NCBI GenBank assembly: GCA_003021085.1
Contig: PXRE01000026.1
Coordinates: forward strand, 132,669 to 196,668
DNA: 64,000 nucleotides
Source: Halobacteriales archaeon QS_1_68_20
GTDB taxonomy: Archaea; Halobacteriota; Halobacteria; Halobacteriales; PXRE01
Direction: 5' to 3'
The position numbers and the translations under genes were made by a program. A model generated the notes under the pieces. The model was not told the DNA's origin. It saw nothing but the letters and a program-made list of their open reading frames with translations, and ran no database searches. Position 1 is the stretch's first letter. Every line of letters starts with the position of its first letter. Of the stretch, positions 55,238 to 64,000 are shown piece by piece.

Positions 55238-56419
55238 ATGACCGACTCCGAGACGGAAACGGCCGATCCGACCGACGGACCCGGGACGGAGGCGCCGCCC
55301 ACCACCGGGAGCGCGCCAGCCGAACCCTCACCGACCGCCGGGTCCGCCGACCCCGCGTCCGCCGAGAGCGACGACTCCTCGTCGGTCACCGGGACCGACG
55401 ACCGCGACACGACTACCGGGGCCGCCGAGGGGGCGGTCGCCGAACCCGACGGATCCACGGCCGCCGAGGGCGTAGACGGCGAGGAGTCGGGTACGAACGA
55501 GCCAGCCGGTCCAGCGCCGAGCGACGCCTTCGGCGCGCTGGGCAACGAGGTCCGGATGGGCGTCCTCCGGGAACTCGCGGCCGCCGAGCGCGAGGTCGGC
55601 GACGACGACGTCGGCGACGACGAGACCAGCGGCCTGCGGACGTTCTCGGACCTCTTCGAGGCCTCCGACGCGGACACCTCCGCGGGGTTCGCCTACCACC
55701 TCCGGCAACTGGACGGCCACTACGTCCGGAAGGTCGAAGACGACGAGGCGTGGTACGAACTCACCTACGCGGGCCGGAAGGTCGCCAGGGCCATCGCCGG
55801 GGGGACGTTCACCGACAGCGTCACGCGGGACGCGGTCCCGGTCGAGGACCCCTGCCCCTTCTGCGAGACCGAGGCGCTTGAACTGCGCTCCGCCGACAAC
55901 TACACCTCGGTCGCGTGCCGGGACTGCGAGCGCCGCCTGCTTACGTTACCGTTCCCGCCAGGGGGCCACCGCTCGCACGACGACGCCGACCTCCCGCGAG
56001 CGTTCGACCGCCACCACCGCCACCGCATCGCGCTGATGGCCGACGGCGTCTGCCCGGAGTGCGGTGCAGCCGTCGAGGGATCGGTCGAGCGCCCGCCCGA
56101 GAATCTCCGGGAGCGACTGCCCGAGGACGCCGAGCGCGTCTGGCTGGCGATGACCTGCGAGTCGTGTGGCCACCGCCTCCGGTGTCCGGTCACGCTCTCG
56201 GTGCTGGGCCACCCGGCGGTGGTGTCGTTCTACCGCGACCACGACGAGGACGTCCGCGAGCGTCCGCTGTGGAACGTCGGCGCGGAGTGGCGCGAGACGG
56301 TCGTCTCCACGGAGCCCTGGTGCGTGCTCGTCTCGACGCGACTGGACGAAGACGTGCTGGACCTCTTCCTGGATCAGGAGGGGACCGTGGTCGCGACGCG
56401 ACGGTCGACGGTCGAGTAA
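55238..56419 (+). CDS. Winged-helix (ArsR-like) DNA-binding protein with acidic N-terminal tail and C-terminal Zn-finger domain
   Basis: AFGALGNEVRMGVLRELA...FAYHLRQLDGHYVRK (wHTH). Cys pairs CPFCE...CRDCE, CPECG and CESCG. Confidence 0.78.
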   Translation: MTDSETETADPTDGPGTEAPPTTGSAPAEPSPTAGSADPASAESDDSSSVTGTDDRDTTTGAAEGAVAEPDGSTAAEGVDGEESGTNEPAGPAPSDAFGALGNEVRMGVLRELAAAEREVGDDDVGDDETSGLRTFSDLFEASDADTSAGFAYHLRQLDGHYVRKVEDDEAWYELTYAGRKVARAIAGGTFTDSVTRDAVPVEDPCPFCETEALELRSADNYTSVACRDCERRLLTLPFPPGGHRSHDDADLPRAFDRHHRHRIALMADGVCPECGAAVEGSVERPPENLRERLPEDAERVWLAMTCESCGHRLRCPVTLSVLGHPAVVSFYRDHDEDVRERPLWNVGAEWRETVVSTEPWCVLVSTRLDEDVLDLFLDQEGTVVATRRSTVE

Positions 56420-56450
56420 CCTCGCCGTCCCTCGACGATTCCTGGGGCAG

Positions 56451-57170
56451 TTACAACTCGGCCAGCACGTCCGACAGGCGGTCGCCCCCGAGGGTCTCGA
56501 CGCGGTCAGCCGTCACCACGGCCCCGGCGACCGTCTCGGGGCCGAGGTCGTCCTCGGTCGTCCCGGCCAGCGCCCGCAGGCCGAGGTCGAGGCCGTCGTC
56601 CACCGTCAGTTCCTCGGTGTACTCCTCCTCCAGGTGCGAGACGATTTCGGCACCGTCGGCCCCGATGGCGGTCGCGTGCCACTCGTAGGGGGTCCCCGAG
56701 GGGTCGGTCTCGTAGAGGCGGGCCTCGCCGGTGTCGGGGTCGATGCCGCCGACGAGCAGGGCGGTGCCGTACGGCCGGGCGCCGCCGGTCTGGGTGTACT
56801 CCTGGACGTGGTCGGTGATGGCCTTCGCCAGGGGTTCGACCCCCATCGGTTCACCGTAGCGCAGGCGCTCGCGCTGGGCGACGCGCCTGGCCAGGTCGAC
56901 CAGTTTCCGGGCGTCGGCGGCGTGGCCCGCGCTCGCAACCGCGAGGTGGTCGTCGACCCGGTGGAGTTTCTCGACGCTGTCCTGGACGACCAGCGGCGAC
57001 CGCTGGCGGGTGCGAGCGAGGAGCACCACACCGTCGTCGGTCGTCAGGCCGACGCTGGGCGACCCGCGCTCGACGGCCTCGCGGGCGTACTCGACCTGGT
57101 AGAGGCGGCCGTCCGGCGAGAAGATGGTGATCCCGCGGTCGTAGGCCTGCTGCTGGTTGCCGCCGTTCAT
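56451..57170 (-). CDS. psmA: Proteasome subunit alpha
   Basis: AYDRGITIFSPDGRLYQVEYAREAV is the alpha-subunit signature. Confidence 0.95.
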   Translation of the reverse strand: MNGGNQQQAYDRGITIFSPDGRLYQVEYAREAVERGSPSVGLTTDDGVVLLARTRQRSPLVVQDSVEKLHRVDDHLAVASAGHAADARKLVDLARRVAQRERLRYGEPMGVEPLAKAITDHVQEYTQTGGARPYGTALLVGGIDPDTGEARLYETDPSGTPYEWHATAIGADGAEIVSHLEEEYTEELTVDDGLDLGLRALAGTTEDDLGPETVAGAVVTADRVETLGGDRLSDVLAEL

Positions 57171-57907
57171 GCTGCCACCTCCCCGTCCGCGAGCGCCGAC
57201 GGGTCGTCGAACTCCTCGATTTCGACGCCCTCGCCCGTTATGGTCGCCACCGACAGGCCATTCCCGCTGGCGGCGTCGCGCTCGTTCGCGCTCTCGATGG
57301 CCCGGGCGGCACTGCGAGTCGCTTCACCGACCGTCGCGTCGGGGTCGTACTCGCGTTCGAGAACGCCGTAGGCCAGTTGCATGCCGCTCCCGGTGGCCGC
57401 GTAGTCGTCGGCCATGACGCCGCCGCCGGCGTCCAGCGAGAACACCGCGGACCCCTCCTCGTCCAGGCCACCGAGGACCGGGGAGACGTGGAGGGGGGCG
57501 CTCCGCAGGAGGTTACCCGCCAGCGTCGACAGCGCGTCGATGCTCATCCGTTCGTCCCTGCGGGCCTCGTAGAGGTCGGTCTCCGCCCGCAGGTTACGGG
57601 TGAACGACTGGATGTGCCCCACGGCACCGGACAGCGCCATCGCGGCGGTCGGGTGGACCTGCTCGATCTTCAGCATCCCCTTGTTCGAGACGAACCGGCC
57701 ACCCAGACTGGCACGGCGGTCGGCACCGAGCACGACCGCGTCGTCGGTCGTCAATCCGACGACGGTCGTGCCCGTCTCCACCGCGCCGGCCGGGAGTTCG
57801 CCGCCGGCCGCAAACTGTTCGTTAGTCGATAGTTCCTGTGCGTCCGTCGGCCCGAGGGCTCCGGCGGTGAACTCGCCGTACCCAGCGGGGGTATCTCTCG
57901 ACGGCAT
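57167..57907 (-). CDS. psmB: Proteasome subunit beta (with propeptide)
   Basis: A propeptide is followed by the GTTVVGL processing/active-site Thr context, then ADRRASLGGRFVSNK. Its stop overlaps the psmA start by 4 nt. Confidence 0.93.
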   Translation of the reverse strand: MPSRDTPAGYGEFTAGALGPTDAQELSTNEQFAAGGELPAGAVETGTTVVGLTTDDAVVLGADRRASLGGRFVSNKGMLKIEQVHPTAAMALSGAVGHIQSFTRNLRAETDLYEARRDERMSIDALSTLAGNLLRSAPLHVSPVLGGLDEEGSAVFSLDAGGGVMADDYAATGSGMQLAYGVLEREYDPDATVGEATRSAARAIESANERDAASGNGLSVATITGEGVEIEEFDDPSALADGEVAA

Positions 57908-57942
57908 GGATTGTCCTCGGGCCCACGTGGGGATAAGTATTA

Positions 57943-57960
57943 GCTAAAATATAATTTAGC
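57943..57960 (-). promoter_or_regulatory. AT-rich near-palindromic TATA region upstream of psmB
   Basis: gctaaaatataatttagc (8 of 9 positions pair as a palindrome) lies 35-55 nt upstream of the psmB start. Confidence 0.4.
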
Positions 57961-58006
57961 CGGGTCGGTGGGGGGCCGGTCGTTGCCGGAGTCCGGGACG
58001 GGGGCC

Positions 58007-59089
58007 TTACGGCGAGAACTCTCCGCGGTGATGACGCTCAGCGAGCATCGCCGCGTACTCGGCGTGTGCCGGCAGGTCGGACTCCAGCCCCGCCTCCGTC
58101 CTGTGGCGGTGGAGGTCCGCCCAGACCGTCCCGAGCATGAACGCCGCGTGCGCCAGGTAGAACGACCCGTCGTCGACGGTGATGCCGGTCTCCGCCTCGT
58201 AGCGCGCGAACATCTCCTGTCGGGTGGGACTGCCGGGTTCGTTCGTGAACGGCGCGAGGCCGTGTGCGTTCGCGTCCCGAAGTGGCTCGATCACGTCGTC
58301 GTCGTACTTCCGCTCGAGTTCGTCCAGCGGCGGTGACGGGTCGCCGTCGTCCCGCCAGCGCAACAACAGGTACCCGAGTTCCGTCAGCGGATCCGCTAGC
58401 ATCGCCGTCTCCCAGTCGAGGACGCCGCCGACTTCGGGCCGGTCCGTCCCCACGAACAGGAGGTTGCTCGGGCGGTAGTCCCCGTGGACGAGGGCCGTCT
58501 CGTGGTCGGCCGGCGCGTTCCGGCGGAGCCAGTCCCCGACCGACCTGAGCTTCGGATACTCCGGGCCGGTCGTCCGCTTTACCTCCTCGAGGCGGTCGAA
58601 CGCGTGCTCGAGTTCGTCCAGCGGGCTCTCGTAGTCACAGACGCCCTCGAACTGTTCGACGTCGAGGGTGTGAATCTCGGCCAGCGTCTCGATCAGGCGG
58701 TCGGCAATCGCCCCCCGCGACTCCGGATCCCGGAACCGTTCGGGGAGCGGCGATCCCAGGGGCACCGAACTCCCGTCGAGGTACGTCGTGAGGAAGAAGG
58801 GAGCATCGAGGACCGACTCGTCCTCGCAGAACAGCACGGGCGACGGCGCCGGGACCGCGGTGTCGTCCAGTCGTTCGAGCAGTTCGTACTCCCGTCGCAG
58901 GTCGTTGAACCGTTCGGTGTCCCGCAACTCGGTGGGCCGCCGCAGGACGTACCGGTCGTCGTCCGTCTCGACGGCGACCGACAGGTTGAGGCCGTCGTGG
59001 AGGACCTCGATCCCGGTCACGGCCGCGTCCAGTTCCGCCGCGAGGAACGATTCGAGGGCGCCGGCGTCGACGTCCGCAGATTCGGCCAT
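58007..59089 (-). CDS. Phosphotransferase family protein (APH/ChoK-like kinase)
   Basis: Brenner motif LVHGDYRPSNLLF and VLDWETAMLADP. Confidence 0.88.
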   Translation of the reverse strand: MAESADVDAGALESFLAAELDAAVTGIEVLHDGLNLSVAVETDDDRYVLRRPTELRDTERFNDLRREYELLERLDDTAVPAPSPVLFCEDESVLDAPFFLTTYLDGSSVPLGSPLPERFRDPESRGAIADRLIETLAEIHTLDVEQFEGVCDYESPLDELEHAFDRLEEVKRTTGPEYPKLRSVGDWLRRNAPADHETALVHGDYRPSNLLFVGTDRPEVGGVLDWETAMLADPLTELGYLLLRWRDDGDPSPPLDELERKYDDDVIEPLRDANAHGLAPFTNEPGSPTRQEMFARYEAETGITVDDGSFYLAHAAFMLGTVWADLHRHRTEAGLESDLPAHAEYAAMLAERHHRGEFSP

Positions 59090-59161
59090 ACGCCAGGAAC
59101 CGCCCGGCCGGTCATAAACTCACGGTGGACGGTTCCGGGGGCGTCACCGCCTCGGGACCGT

Positions 59162-60472
59162 TCACTCGTCGTAGGGCCACTCGTCCATCAACTTCATCGC
59201 GGCGTCTTTGTCCTCGTCTTCCAGGGCGGCCGCGATCTCCTCGGGGTCCTTGCGGTCGACGTCGAAGGACTCCTCGGCGAGGTGGACGGTCAACTCGGTC
59301 AGCAGGATGGCCTGCTCGCGGAGGTCCCTCGATTCGAGTTTGTCGAGCGTGTCCGCGTAGGTGTGGCCCCACCCGCGGCCCTCGCTTCCCGCCTCGCTCA
59401 TGACGTGGTACCCCGGGACGCCCCACCTGACGAACGGCCAGTGGTCGCTGTGGGGTCCCTGCTGGGGAATCGCCTTCACGGGGTGGTCGAACCGGTCTGC
59501 CACCGTCTCGGCCGCCTCGGCCAGGTCCTCGAACCCGTGGGTCGTGAACGAGAGGGTCCGCCCGCGGACCACGCCGTCGTTGTTGACGATGGCCCCGATG
59601 GAGTCCAGGTCGGCCTCCTCGGCGTGGACGCTGGACCCGACGAGGCCGACCTCCTCGGCACCGTAGGCGACGAAGTGCACCCTGGTGTCGAGTTCGTCCT
59701 CGCGGGCCGCCAGGGCGCTGGCCATCTCGACGACCATCGCGGTGCCCGCGCCGTTGTCCATCGCGCCCTCGGCGATGTCGTGGGCGTCGACGTGGCTGGT
59801 CACCAGCACCTGTTCGTCGGTATCCGGGCCGAGTTCGGCGTGAACGTTCTGGCTCGTTGCATCGTGGACGTCGGCGTCCACGGACACCTCGACCTGCTCG
59901 CCGTCGAACCGGCGGGCCAGGCGGGACCCGACCTCCTTACTGACGCCGACGGCCGGGACCTCGCCGATGGGGTCGTCGTCGGTCCCGACGCTGCCGGTCG
60001 GCGGGAGACACCCCTCGACGTGGTTGCGGTAAATGAACGCGACAGCGCCGCCGTCGACCGCGCGGTAGTACTTCTCGGTCCGGTGGATGTAGCGGTCGTA
60101 CCAGTCCGGGACGAAACTGTCGGCCATGACGACCTTGCCCTCCAGGTCGGCCTCCTCGAAGTCCTCGGGGAGGCCGTACCCGAGGTCGACCAGTTCCGCC
60201 TCGACGGTGCCCGGCGGACTTCGCGGGAGCGCGATGCAGTCCTGCACGGTGTCGCCCGCGACGATCTCGCTGTCGCCCCGGGTCCAGCCCTGGATGTCGA
60301 ACTCCGACAGGCGGGCGTCGCGGGCGCCCGCCTCCGCGAGTGCGTCCCGGGTCAGTTCTGCCGCCTCTCGCTCGCCGTCGCTGCCGGCCATGCGGTTGCC
60401 GACGTCGACCAGGTCTTCGAGGTGATCCCAACCCGCTGTACTCGTGAAGACGTCGCCGATCCAGTCGGTCAC
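59162..60472 (-). CDS. M28 family metallopeptidase
   Basis: Zn ligand contexts (VTSHVDAHD, DNGAGTAMVVEMA, FVAYGAEEVGLVGS, HSDHWPF). Confidence 0.88.
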   Translation of the reverse strand: MTDWIGDVFTSTAGWDHLEDLVDVGNRMAGSDGEREAAELTRDALAEAGARDARLSEFDIQGWTRGDSEIVAGDTVQDCIALPRSPPGTVEAELVDLGYGLPEDFEEADLEGKVVMADSFVPDWYDRYIHRTEKYYRAVDGGAVAFIYRNHVEGCLPPTGSVGTDDDPIGEVPAVGVSKEVGSRLARRFDGEQVEVSVDADVHDATSQNVHAELGPDTDEQVLVTSHVDAHDIAEGAMDNGAGTAMVVEMASALAAREDELDTRVHFVAYGAEEVGLVGSSVHAEEADLDSIGAIVNNDGVVRGRTLSFTTHGFEDLAEAAETVADRFDHPVKAIPQQGPHSDHWPFVRWGVPGYHVMSEAGSEGRGWGHTYADTLDKLESRDLREQAILLTELTVHLAEESFDVDRKDPEEIAAALEDEDKDAAMKLMDEWPYDE

Positions 60473-60635
60473 TCCTGGCAGTCCAACCGCGTGGCCCCTA
60501 ACGGTTGTGGAATCCTCACACGACTGCCGATTCGCGGCCGCCCCGTCTCCGGCACTGCTTCTCGACGGACGACCGCCGACGGGTCGTCGATTGGGCCGCC
60601 GTCAGGGCCCGTAATGCTGACGTACCTTCGATGGA

Positions 60636-60647
60636 GTATTTAAATAC
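60636..60647. promoter_or_regulatory. Perfect palindromic TATA-like element between divergent genes
   Basis: gtatttaaatac is its own reverse complement. It lies ~85 nt upstream of the E1-alpha ATG and ~165 nt upstream of the M28 peptidase start. Confidence 0.35.
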
Positions 60648-60730
60648 GGTGAAGGGTAGTCGGAAATTCAGATAGCGTCCGATGTTTTATGGATGGATAG
60701 GCCCATCTATCTACGAAGGGTCGATACTCG

Positions 60731-61783
60731 ATGTCCACCGACGCCCCAGACGTGACGACCGTCATGGACGCCCCGGACGGCGCGGGTTCCGGCCCGCGAC
60801 CGTTCGAACTGGTCGAGCGACTGTACCGCCAGCAGGTACTCGCCCGGACGCTCGACCGCAAGGCGGTAAAACTCAACCGCCAGGGGCGACTCGGGACGTA
60901 CGCGCCGCTGGCCGGCCACGAGGCCATCCAGGTCGGTGCCGCGGCGGCGCTGTCGGCGGACGACTGGTGTCTCCCGACCTACCGCGACCACGCGATGTAC
61001 CTGACCCGCGGGTTCGGCGTCGAGGACGTCCTCGAACACCTCAACGGGCGAGGAAACTACGTCGACCGGGCCGACGGCGACGTCCGGACGTTCCCGCCGG
61101 CCATCCCGGTCGCTACCCAGGTCCCCCACGCGGCCGGCATCGGGATGGCCGCCGACTACCTCGGCGCCGACGCCGCGGCGCTGGTCAGTTTCGGCGACGG
61201 TGCCACCAGCGAGGGCGACTTCCACGAGGGCATGAACTTCGCGGGCGTGTTCGAGGCGCCCGTCGTCTTCCTCTGCCAGAACAACCAGTACGCGATCAGC
61301 GTCCCCGTCGAACGGCAGACCGCCAGCGCGACCATCGCCCAGAAGGCCCAGGCATACGGCTTCGACGGCGTCCGCGTCGACGGCACCGACGTGCTGGCCG
61401 TCTACGACGTCGTATCAGAGGCGCTGGCGGACGCGAAGGCGGGCGAGGGCCCGACGCTGATCGAAGCAGTCACCTACCGCCGGGGAGCCCACACCACGAC
61501 CGACGACCCCGGGCGATACCGTGAGGACGAGGAGGGCGAGCAATGGGAGGACCCGGTCGAGGTCACCCGCGAGTACCTGACCGAGCACCACGGCTGGGAC
61601 GACGACGACGAGGAGCGCGTCCGGGGGTGGGCCGACGAGCTGATCGCGACTGCCGTCGAGGCGGTCGAGGACACGCCCGACCCCGACCCGGAGGCGATGT
61701 TCTCGTACGTCTACGCCCGCGACCACCGGCGACTCTCCCGGCAACGCGGCGCCATCGTCGACGACCCCGACCTCGTCCGCTGA
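60731..61783 (+). CDS. 2-oxoacid dehydrogenase E1 component, alpha subunit (TPP-dependent)
   Basis: YRDHAMYLTRG and the TPP-binding GDGATSEGDFHEGMNFAGV...FLCQNNQYAIS. Confidence 0.9.
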   Translation: MSTDAPDVTTVMDAPDGAGSGPRPFELVERLYRQQVLARTLDRKAVKLNRQGRLGTYAPLAGHEAIQVGAAAALSADDWCLPTYRDHAMYLTRGFGVEDVLEHLNGRGNYVDRADGDVRTFPPAIPVATQVPHAAGIGMAADYLGADAAALVSFGDGATSEGDFHEGMNFAGVFEAPVVFLCQNNQYAISVPVERQTASATIAQKAQAYGFDGVRVDGTDVLAVYDVVSEALADAKAGEGPTLIEAVTYRRGAHTTTDDPGRYREDEEGEQWEDPVEVTREYLTEHHGWDDDDEERVRGWADELIATAVEAVEDTPDPDPEAMFSYVYARDHRRLSRQRGAIVDDPDLVR

Positions 61784-61800
61784 TCGGATGCGGAGTGAAA

Positions 61801-61826
61801 CTTTTTTTACGATTAGGCGCTTTTTC
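61801..61826 (+). terminator. Oligo-T tracts; may be a terminator of the E1-alpha gene and/or a TATA region for the next gene
   Basis: ctttttttacgattaggcgctttttcc contains T7 and T5 runs within 45 nt after the stop codon and ~10-30 nt before the next ATG. The role is ambiguous. Confidence 0.35.
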
Positions 61827-61834
61827 CGCAATAC

Positions 61835-62899
61835 ATGCGGGACGTGCTCGAAGAGTGGAAGCCGGTCGTCGACGGGACCATAGAGGACGTTTTTCCCCGG
61901 GACGTGTCCCGGGAGCATCTCGAATCGTACTTCGGTGAAGCACGGTACGGGTACGACGTCGAATCCATCCAGGCTTCGATCGTCGACCCGGTCTGGGATC
62001 TGCTGGACCGCGGCGGCAAGCGCTGGCGGCCCGTCATCTTCCTCCTGTTCGTCGACGCGTTCGGGGAGGACCCCGAGGAGTACCTCCCGTACGCGACGAT
62101 CCCCGAGTTGATACACAACGGCACCATCATCGTCGACGACATCGAGGACGGTGCCGAGATGCGCCGGGGCGAACCCGCACTGCACCACATCTACGGCGTC
62201 GACGTCGCGCTGAACGCCGGTAACGCCCTGTACTTCGTCCCGTTGAAGATCCTCTCGAAAGACCCCGTGGGCATCGACGACGAGGACCGTCTCCGGGCGT
62301 ACGACATGTTGATGCACGAGATGAACCGCACCCACCTCGGCCAGGGAGTCGACATCGACTGGCACAACGACCCCGGCCGGTCGGTCGCCGAGGTGGAGTA
62401 CCTCGAGATGTGCGCCTGCAAGACGGGGTGTCTGGCCCGACTGGCGGCGCAACTGGCGGCCATCGTCACCGGGCAGTCCCGCGAGACCCAGCAACGGGTG
62501 GCCGACTACGCCGAACTCATGAGCCTCGCGTTCCAGATCAACGACGACATTCTCGACGTCGAGCACTCCCTCGACCGGGCAGGGGACTTCGGCAAGGCGT
62601 TCGGCAACGACGTCCGCGAGGGCAAGACCACGCTTTTGGTCATCCACGCCGTCGAGAACTCCTCCGGGGAGGACGCCGAGAAACTGCTGGACATCCTGGC
62701 GGCCGACGAGAACACCGACGAGGAGATATCCGAGGCCATCCGGATCATCGACGAGAGCGGCGCCATCGAGCAAGCCCGCGAGCGGGCGTTCGACCTGGCC
62801 GAGGAGGCCCGCCAGAGCCTCGAGGGCCTGGACCTGGATCCGGAACCCCGGGAGCGCCTGGAGGCGTTCGCCCGGTTCGTCGTCGAACGCGAAGTCTGA
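61835..62899 (+). CDS. idsA: Polyprenyl diphosphate synthase (geranylgeranyl/farnesylgeranyl type)
   Basis: First Asp-rich motif IIVDDIEDGAEMRRG and second motif QINDDILD. Confidence 0.92.
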   Translation: MRDVLEEWKPVVDGTIEDVFPRDVSREHLESYFGEARYGYDVESIQASIVDPVWDLLDRGGKRWRPVIFLLFVDAFGEDPEEYLPYATIPELIHNGTIIVDDIEDGAEMRRGEPALHHIYGVDVALNAGNALYFVPLKILSKDPVGIDDEDRLRAYDMLMHEMNRTHLGQGVDIDWHNDPGRSVAEVEYLEMCACKTGCLARLAAQLAAIVTGQSRETQQRVADYAELMSLAFQINDDILDVEHSLDRAGDFGKAFGNDVREGKTTLLVIHAVENSSGEDAEKLLDILAADENTDEEISEAIRIIDESGAIEQARERAFDLAEEARQSLEGLDLDPEPRERLEAFARFVVEREV

Positions 62900-64000
62900 T
62901 TACAGCGACAGCGCGTTCCGTACGTCCCGGACGCCGGCGTCGCCCGCCTCAGCAGCGAGGGTGAAAAACTGGTTCGGCCCGACGACCTCGAACTCGTCGT
63001 CCAGTTTCTCGACCAGTTCCACCACGTCGGCGATGGTCAACGAGTGGGCGGTAACGTGGACCGGGACGAACAGCGGTCTGTCGTCCCAGCGGTCGGCGAG
63101 GCCCTCCAGGGGCTTCAGCAGGTCCGAGACGGACCCGCGTGCGTGGTGGCCGAGCGGTAGTGCCGTCGGGAGCCAGCACAGTTCGCGGTCCGTGCCGCGG
63201 TCGAACGTCTGCGGTTTCGTCGTGCCCCGGACGTACCCCTCCATCACGCCGTCGAGTTGCCCGCCGACGTGTTCGCGGTACTTCCGTGCGCTCCGGCCGT
63301 CCGGTTTCATCACGGTCGTCTCGGTCAAACCGACCCGGGCGAACGCCTCCTTCGTCGACGCCAGCACCTCGTCGAGGTCGGGGCCGTGCTCGCCCATCCG
63401 TCCGGGGTAGAAGTACGCCACCCCCGAGGGGCCGCCGACGAAGTGGTCGTTCTCCGTGGCCGTCGCCTGGAAGTAATCGAGGATGCCAGGTCCGAGGTCC
63501 GCCAACAGCGGCGGCATCTCCCAGCCGAAGGGGACGTCGCCGCGCTCGGGCAACAGCCACTGACCACCCTGTGCGCGCCGCAACAGGAAGTTCAGCGAGT
63601 CGCCGTCCGACAGGACGAACGTGAGGTAGATCTTGTCCTCGAGCGGTGGCGTCTCGCGGTGCTCGCCAGCGCGCTCGCGGAAGCGCGCGACGGCGTCGCC
63701 CGGCGGGTCGAACCGCGAGTGGAAGGACATGTTCGCGGCGTACGTGGAGGCGCCGATGGCCAGCTGGCCGTGCTCGGAGAGGTGGCCGATGTGGTTGCCC
63801 TCGGAGTCGCCGCCCCGGCCGGTGTGCCACCCGAAGACGATGCCCTGGTCGTCCATCTCCGCGAGGATGCGGTCCTTGAGGTCCCGCTCGCGCTCGTTGC
63901 CGCCGCTGGCCAGGTCCACGAAGAAGCCGTTCTCGGCGACGGTGAAGTCTCGCGCCCGGTTGGAGGTGTAGAAGTCGTTGACCGGCGGGGCCTGCCCGAA
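62900..64000 (-). CDS. GxGYxYP-family putative glycoside hydrolase (5' end beyond window)
   Basis: Motif GGPSGVAYFYPG. The frame stays open upstream of the listed GTG at 63919 to the window edge (FGQAPPVNDFYTSNRARDFTVAENGFFVDLASGG...), so the gene is partial here. Confidence 0.78.
   Translation of the reverse strand, partial: FGQAPPVNDFYTSNRARDFTVAENGFFVDLASGGNERERDLKDRILAEMDDQGIVFGWHTGRGGDSEGNHIGHLSEHGQLAIGASTYAANMSFHSRFDPPGDAVARFRERAGEHRETPPLEDKIYLTFVLSDGDSLNFLLRRAQGGQWLLPERGDVPFGWEMPPLLADLGPGILDYFQATATENDHFVGGPSGVAYFYPGRMGEHGPDLDEVLASTKEAFARVGLTETTVMKPDGRSARKYREHVGGQLDGVMEGYVRGTTKPQTFDRGTDRELCWLPTALPLGHHARGSVSDLLKPLEGLADRWDDRPLFVPVHVTAHSLTIADVVELVEKLDDEFEVVGPNQFFTLAAEAGDAGVRDVRNALSL

Noticed and set aside
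53827-55677. 616-aa minus-strand ORF. The same reasoning applies to 58484-60643 (+), 20527-21999 (+), 21564-23570 (-), 35414-36778 (-), 40435-42207 (-) and 48165-49433 (-).
   Set aside because: All have extreme Arg/Pro/Gly content, no recognisable domains, and overlap genes with clear family signatures on another frame or strand.

Overview
The window is high-G+C DNA (roughly two-thirds G+C by eye) encoding very acidic proteins with Tat signals and a PGF-CTERM sorting signal. That combination points to a haloarchaeal (class Halobacteria) chromosome segment. I support about 60 protein genes. They include tyrS, proteasome psmA/psmB, thiolase plus a DUF35 partner, an endonuclease III-like gene, a polyprenyl synthase, meaB, pcp, two ABC-2 exporter sets, an MCP transducer, a HalX response regulator, two NAD-dependent epimerases, S9/M20/M28 peptidases and a GH2 hydrolase. 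There is also one tRNA-Lys(CUU). Many long ORFs in the supplied track are antisense or out-of-frame shadows of these genes, which is usual at this G+C, and I ignored them.

The backbone is interrupted by a lot of gene decay and small accessory patches:
- A truncated MFS gene abutting a repeat element.
- An internally deleted, frameshifted acyl-CoA dehydrogenase.
- A fused remnant of a MOT1-type transporter and a histidine kinase, carrying a 72-bp duplication.
- A truncated NAD(P)-binding gene and a frameshifted membrane-protein gene.
- A decayed IS200/IS605-type tnpB that keeps its 3' hairpins.
- A low-G+C island of broken small ORFs.

Three further observations stand out:
- Two copies of a composite interspersed repeat, each with a perfect 19-nt palindrome and 49-50-bp internal tandem units.
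- A tRNA-Lys followed by two partial copies of its own 3' end.
- Two low-G+C modules encoding unusual cysteine-rich proteins.

The best candidate for an undescribed system is the Tat-signal precursor at 39611-40288. Its last ~66 residues carry 12 Cys, which resembles a halocin-type precursor, and it sits divergently next to an MFS transporter. All functional calls come from motif recognition by eye; no searches were run.
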